A stretch of 64,000 bases of DNA from an uncultured Verrucomicrobiae bacterium (GTDB taxonomy: Bacteria; Verrucomicrobiota; Verrucomicrobiia; Chthoniobacterales; JAFAMB01): the NCBI GenBank assembly GCA_963762565.1, contig CAVXLD010000001.1, positions 192,001-256,000 on the forward strand, given 5' to 3'. This document shows, piece by piece, positions 59,543 to 64,000 of this stretch. Position numbers and translations under genes: made by a program. The notes below the pieces were generated by a model. The model did no database searches, was not told the origin of the DNA, and saw only the letters and a list, made by a program, of their open reading frames with translations. Numbering within the stretch: the first letter of the stretch is position 1; each line of letters starts with the position of its first letter.

Positions 59543-59995
59543 TCAGGGGAGAGCTTCCCGAACAGATTGGCTCAGCGTCTTACCGTCGACTCGACCGGCG
59601 GCCTTCTCCGTCGCAATTTTCATCACTTGACCCAGCTGAGCCTTTGAGGTGGCGTTGGCTTCGGTTATCGCTTCGCGAACCAGCGCCTTTATTTCCTCCT
59701 CTGACAAGGGCTTAGGAAGATATTGGTTGAGGATCTGCATCTCGCGCCTCTCTTTCTCAGCCAGCTCAGGCCGGCCACCCTTTTCAAAACCAGCAATAGA
59801 GTCCTCCCTCTGCTTGACCTGTTTACGGATAACGATCAGGGTTTCCGGGTCCGCCAGCTTTCCGCCGGCTCCGTATTTCTCAATGGTGGCATTCATCAAT
59901 GCCGATTTCGCCATCCGCAAAACAGAGAGACGTTCCGCCTCTCTAGCCCGCATCGCTTCTTTAAGATCAGCCTCGATCTGGTCTTGGATCGTCAT
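59543..59995 (-). CDS. GatB/YqeY domain protein
   Basis: DLKEAMRA, KQREDS, YLPKPLSEEE, GRVDGK. Confidence 0.93.
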   Translation of the reverse strand: MTIQDQIEADLKEAMRAREAERLSVLRMAKSALMNATIEKYGAGGKLADPETLIVIRKQVKQREDSIAGFEKGGRPELAEKERREMQILNQYLPKPLSEEEIKALVREAITEANATSKAQLGQVMKIATEKAAGRVDGKTLSQSVREALP

Positions 59996-60062
59996 GGGAA
60001 AACCTAGAATAAGAAACGAGCGAGAACGAGCGGAAACGAACGAGAAAGTTCGGAAGCGAGGA

Positions 60063-60159
60063 TTGGCGGGGCGAGGCTCCCGCAGGACCCTGCGCGACGC
60101 CAGGGTTTAAGGCAATTCGATTCCGGATGTAATGTTAGGCCGAAACAAGCGCCGAGCCG
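60063..60159 (+). repeat. family A half-element
   Basis: TTGGCGGGGCGAGGCTCC-N70-GCCGAGCCG, no right arm. Confidence 0.75.
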
Positions 60160-60204
60160 CTCGTTTCTCCTGGCTGAAAGCCGAAATTCGGGCAATATAG
60201 GCGA

Positions 60205-61119
60205 ATGCGTTTGCGCGTGGCCGTAGCTGTACTGGGTTTCTGTTTTATTCAGGCTTTCTCGGCAACTGCATCGCTTCCTTTCAGCACCGTTTTCAAAGGC
60301 GAACCAATTTTTGATTTATTGGTGCGCAGAGCCGAGCAAGAAGGCTGGCGTTCGCGACCATTGGGTGAGCGAATGGTTTTGGTCGGGAAAGCTTTACTGG
60401 GCACGCCATACCGCAGCTTTACCTTGGAAATTGACGATCACATCGAAGCACCTTCGGTCGATTTCCTCGGCATGGATTGTTGGACCTTTTACGAGATCGC
60501 TCTCGCATTCTCCAGAATGCTCGAATTGAAATCGAGTGCGTACAGTCCCCAGGATCTCTTGTCCATCATCGAGCTGGATCGTTACCGAGGTGGACACTGC
60601 AATGGTCTCTACACCTCGCGTTTGCACTTTCTTGAGGACTGGATTTACGACAATCAGAGGCGCGGTTTGGTCCAGAATATGACCGTCAGTCTAGGCGGGG
60701 TTCCGATGCGCGGCCGCTATCTCAACGAGATGAGCAAGTATTGGCGTAGCTCGCGGTATTTGCGGAACAATCCCAATCTGATTCCGGTGATCCGCAACAT
60801 GGAAGAAACCGTAGCCTCTCGCCCGATTTACCATATCCCGAGAGACCGGGTCGCCGCCATCGAGCCTAAGATTCGAAGCGGTGACATCATCTGCATCACC
60901 GGCCGGGGACCCGAAGGATTTACCGAGCACGTCGGGATTGCTTATCGAGACGGCGTCGGCGTTCTGCATTTCATGCATGCGTCCAAGGACGAACACCAGG
61001 TCATGATTGATGTCGCTCTGCATCAATACGTCTACCGGTATCGTAAATTCGCCGGCATCATGGTAGTGCGGCCCGTTGATTTATCGCCGGGCGAGGAGTC
61101 GCATGTCGCAGCCAACTAG
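60205..61119 (+). CDS. DUF1460 / N-acetylmuramoyl-L-alanine amidase-like protein
   Basis: LLGTPY, MDCWTF, RLHFLEDW, SGDII, HVG, MHAS. Confidence 0.85.
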   Translation: MRLRVAVAVLGFCFIQAFSATASLPFSTVFKGEPIFDLLVRRAEQEGWRSRPLGERMVLVGKALLGTPYRSFTLEIDDHIEAPSVDFLGMDCWTFYEIALAFSRMLELKSSAYSPQDLLSIIELDRYRGGHCNGLYTSRLHFLEDWIYDNQRRGLVQNMTVSLGGVPMRGRYLNEMSKYWRSSRYLRNNPNLIPVIRNMEETVASRPIYHIPRDRVAAIEPKIRSGDIICITGRGPEGFTEHVGIAYRDGVGVLHFMHASKDEHQVMIDVALHQYVYRYRKFAGIMVVRPVDLSPGEESHVAAN

Positions 61120-61167
61120 TCTGGTGGTTATCCATTCGTGGTTCGTAAACGGCCAGAGGTGGTCCGG

Positions 61168-61486
61168 CAGTAAGCGGTAAGCAGTAAGCAGTGGTCAGTA
61201 CTACGAGCTAAAATCCAGGAGCTAGGAGGGCCGACGGCTGTGGAGCGTGCCTCGCTTGCGAGTCCGTGGTGAGCAAGGCTCATTACGTGACATCCCCATC
61301 GTCGGCGTACGCTCTTTTGTCTGAAGAGGCAAACCTTGCGATACAGAGCGCTGACCGACATAGGGCATGTGTCGTGGTTCACCCTTGCTCTCCAACGGCC
61401 TCGCAAGCGAGGCACGCTCCACGGCCGTCGCCCCTCCTAGCTCCTAAATTCTAGCTCCTAGCTCCTAAACTGCTTACTGCTTACTT
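61168..61486. repeat. family D element nested in two layers of heptamer arms
   Basis: (CAGTAAG)n-(AGGAGCT)n-D(61240-61422)-(CTCCTAG)n-(CTTACTG)n. Confidence 0.88.
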
Positions 61487-61541
61487 TCGCGCCATCACCC
61501 AAACGCTCGCTAACGCTCGATTTATGGGCCATACTCCCCCC

Positions 61542-62117
61542 ATGGCAGCGACACCTTCTATGATGGTAGAGCTAGGGCGCAAAGCTCCTGATTTTCACCT
61601 GCCGGATGTTGCAGATGGCAGGATGGTTAGCCTCTCCGATTTCGGTCCGGATCAGGCATTACTGGTGATGTTCATCTGCCGGCACTGTCCTTACGTTCTG
61701 CACGTGAAGCCGGAACTGGCCCGGCTCGCAACGGATTACCAGGAAAAAAGCGTCGGGATTGTCGGAATTAGCTCCAACGACGCTCAACATTATCCGGATG
61801 ACGCACCGGATAAGCTGGCTGAGCTGAGCCGGGATCTGGGCATTCCGGTTCTCTACGACGAAAGCCAATCCGTTGCCAAAGCGTACCAGGCCACTTGCAC
61901 ACCCGATTTTTTCGTGTTCGACGGAAATCGGACGCTGGTTTACCGGGGCCAGCTTGATGACAGCCGGCCCGGGAACAGCCGGCCGTTGAACGGCCGCGAT
62001 TTGCGGGCCGCTCTAGATGCAGTCTTAGCCGGACGCGTAGTCGACTCTACTCAGCGCGCCAGCATCGGTTGCAACATCAAATGGAAACCGGGGAACGCTC
62101 CCGATTATTTCCGTTGA
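61542..62117 (+). CDS. thioredoxin-fold (AhpC/TSA-like) protein
   Basis: FICRHCPYV, ISSND, ATCTPDFF, SIGCNIKW. Confidence 0.92.
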   Translation: MAATPSMMVELGRKAPDFHLPDVADGRMVSLSDFGPDQALLVMFICRHCPYVLHVKPELARLATDYQEKSVGIVGISSNDAQHYPDDAPDKLAELSRDLGIPVLYDESQSVAKAYQATCTPDFFVFDGNRTLVYRGQLDDSRPGNSRPLNGRDLRAALDAVLAGRVVDSTQRASIGCNIKWKPGNAPDYFR

Positions 62118-62196
62118 CCCGCGCGGCCTTCGTTTAGGGGAGCCGGGTCAAATTCTTGGCCACGACCATTTGCGGGGAACGATTTGCTCCCAATAA

Positions 62197-62210
62197 TGTT
62201 CACTTGAACA
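62197..62210. promoter_or_regulatory. Verrucomicrobia-type LexA (SOS) box
   Basis: TGTTC-ACTT-GAACA, 26 nt upstream of a repair-linked radical SAM gene. Confidence 0.8.
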
Positions 62211-62236
62211 TATTTTACAGCCGTGCATGTTAACCC

Positions 62237-63322
62237 ATGCACTCGTCGCCACCGCCAAATCTTTCAGGCTGGGGTGAAAAGATCATGGGCCGCGGTTCAA
62301 GCATCAATCCAGTTAACCGCTTTGAACCATTGCATTATGATTTGGATGAATGGTGCGATCCGCCATCCCAGCCGCACATCCGCACTCAGCTTTTTCGCGA
62401 CGACACTCAGAGTATCATCGCGCGCAACCAAAGTCCGGATGTCGGTTTTGAAACCAGCATCAATCCGTATCGAGGATGTGAACACGGCTGTGCTTATTGC
62501 TACGCCAGGCCGACCCATGAATATTTAGGGTTCTCCGCCGGCATCGATTTCGAATCGAAAATACTGGTTAAGTTAAATGCCGCGACGCTGCTCGCGGCCG
62601 AATTAAATCGGCCTGGTTGGCAGCCGCAAACGGTGACCATGAGCGGCGTAACGGATTGTTATCAGCCAATCGAACGCAAACTGAAGATCACGCGTTCCTG
62701 TCTGCAGGTGCTGGCCGATTTCCGCAATCCAACCTTCATCGTCACCAAAAACCATCTGGTCACCCGGGACATTGATTTGCTCGCAAGCCTGGCTGCACAC
62801 AGAGCGGCCGGAGTCACGGTCTCAGTAACCACGCTGGACGCCGGTTTGGCTCAAAAGCTCGAACCACGAGCATCGAATCCGCGGTCACGCCTGGCCGCGA
62901 TCCGGGAGCTAGCGAGCGCTAACATCCCGGTTGGCGTTAACGTCGCTCCGATTATCCCGGGTTTAACCGACCATGAAATACCGAGCATTCTGACCGCCGC
63001 GGGTGAGGCCGGCGCCCAATTCGCCTATTACACGATTGTGCGTCTACCCATGGCGGTATCGACGATCTTCATTAACTGGCTGGAAACCCACTTCCCGGAT
63101 CGCAAAAATACGGTTCTTCGCCGGATTCAGTCGATGCGCGGCGGGAAACTAAACGAATCGGTATTCGGCAAACGGATGCGCGGGGAAGGGATCCTGGCCG
63201 ACCAGATCCGCCGGATTTTCGAAGTTGGCTGCCGCCGGGCCGGCATAAAACAGGATCATGTGGAGCTCAGTACAGAGGCGTTTCGAAGGATAGAACCGAA
63301 CCAGCTAGGATTGGATCTGTAA
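62237..63322 (+). CDS. PA0069-family (SplB-like) radical SAM protein
   Basis: SINPYRGCEHGCAYCYAR (CxxxCxxC), TDCYQPIER, APIIPGLTD. Confidence 0.92.
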   Translation: MHSSPPPNLSGWGEKIMGRGSSINPVNRFEPLHYDLDEWCDPPSQPHIRTQLFRDDTQSIIARNQSPDVGFETSINPYRGCEHGCAYCYARPTHEYLGFSAGIDFESKILVKLNAATLLAAELNRPGWQPQTVTMSGVTDCYQPIERKLKITRSCLQVLADFRNPTFIVTKNHLVTRDIDLLASLAAHRAAGVTVSVTTLDAGLAQKLEPRASNPRSRLAAIRELASANIPVGVNVAPIIPGLTDHEIPSILTAAGEAGAQFAYYTIVRLPMAVSTIFINWLETHFPDRKNTVLRRIQSMRGGKLNESVFGKRMRGEGILADQIRRIFEVGCRRAGIKQDHVELSTEAFRRIEPNQLGLDL

Positions 63323-63329
63323 CCTCGGA

Positions 63330-63480
63330 TTGGTGAGCGAGGCTCCGGCACGACAAAATGCATTGCCAAACCCAGCGATAGGCCCGGCTCGGCGAGCTGT
63401 GCAGCGTTGCACCGGTCAAGTAGGGGCAGCATAGCGGCTTTGCGAAAATCGATCGGTCGTTCGGGAGCCTCGCCCTACCA
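63330..63480. repeat. family A element with shortened left arm
   Basis: GCGAGGCTCC ... CGGCTCGGC-N70-GGAGCCTCGCCCTACCA. Confidence 0.8.
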
Positions 63481-63528
63481 CGCTCGTTGACGGCGTCGTG
63501 TTGCCATGCATACCTGACCCTTCGTCCT

Positions 63529-64000
63529 ATGCATCAAAAGCTGCGGCCATCCCATCATGTTTCGGCGACAGCAGGGTTAACGCTCGCGTGCCTTTTTTGG
63601 GGGCTCAGTTTTCCGGCCAGCAAAGCATTGACGTTCCTCTATCTGAAAGCGATCCCGGCAGAATCGAGTTGGTTCGTAGTCGGCTTACAAGGAGCCCTGC
63701 GTTTCGGTATCGCCGGCCTGATCATGGTTCTGCTCAGTTGGCGAGAACTGTCGTCGTTGAACAGGCGCGAGCTAGGTCAAGGACTCTGGCTCGGGCTATT
63801 TGGAGGAACCGGCTTGATCTTTCAAATCGATGGCTTGGCATATACTCCTGCCTCAACTTCGTCTTTCCTCACCCAGACTTATTGTATTTTGGTCCCGCTT
63901 TACCATGCCGTCGCCGCTCGACGTCTCCCGCGACCAGTGCAACTGCTGGCCACGGCCGGCGTGGTCGCTGGCATCGTCGTCCTGAGCAAGATCGACTGGG
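63529..64000 (+). CDS. EamA/DMT family transporter (truncated by window end)
   Basis: own translation: MHQKL...ACLFWGLSFPASK...LRFGIAG...QIDGLAYTPASTSSFLT; open to the window edge. Confidence 0.85.
   Translation, partial: MHQKLRPSHHVSATAGLTLACLFWGLSFPASKALTFLYLKAIPAESSWFVVGLQGALRFGIAGLIMVLLSWRELSSLNRRELGQGLWLGLFGGTGLIFQIDGLAYTPASTSSFLTQTYCILVPLYHAVAARRLPRPVQLLATAGVVAGIVVLSKIDW

Overview
Gene-dense bacterial chromosome segment with about 59 CDS. I found no rRNA, tRNA, CRISPR array, transposase, integrase or prophage. The organism is probably a member of Verrucomicrobiota (inference from a perfect TGTTC-N4-GAACA LexA box, a GuaB3-type IMPDH and the general gene content). Housekeeping genes include amtB-glnK, gatB, aroC, rpoN, fabF, tsaD, ctpA, tig-clpP-clpX and ispD. 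There are several cell-wall enzymes, a sulfonate-type ABC transporter, a sugar ABC/ThuA cluster, and an MglB-like/MglA/ExbB/ExbD/TonB-like cluster. The main unexplained structure is non-coding: many intergenic gaps hold a long inverted-repeat element. These comprise four REP/REPIN-like families (A-D), a 290-bp MITE-like element (E), a clustered element that supplies stop codons to four genes (F), and about ten different 7-9-nt tandem units, mostly arranged as inverted arms and often nested around the other elements. In family A the GGCTC/GAGCC palindrome is split by a variable spacer of almost fixed length (68-72 nt in all 12 measurable arms). Other highlights are an intact secreted M1 aminopeptidase homologue lacking its catalytic motifs, a reversed sigma54 site over the rpoN promoter, and a LexA box before a PA0069/SplB-like radical SAM gene. 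All family assignments are from motif recognition by eye, with no database searches.
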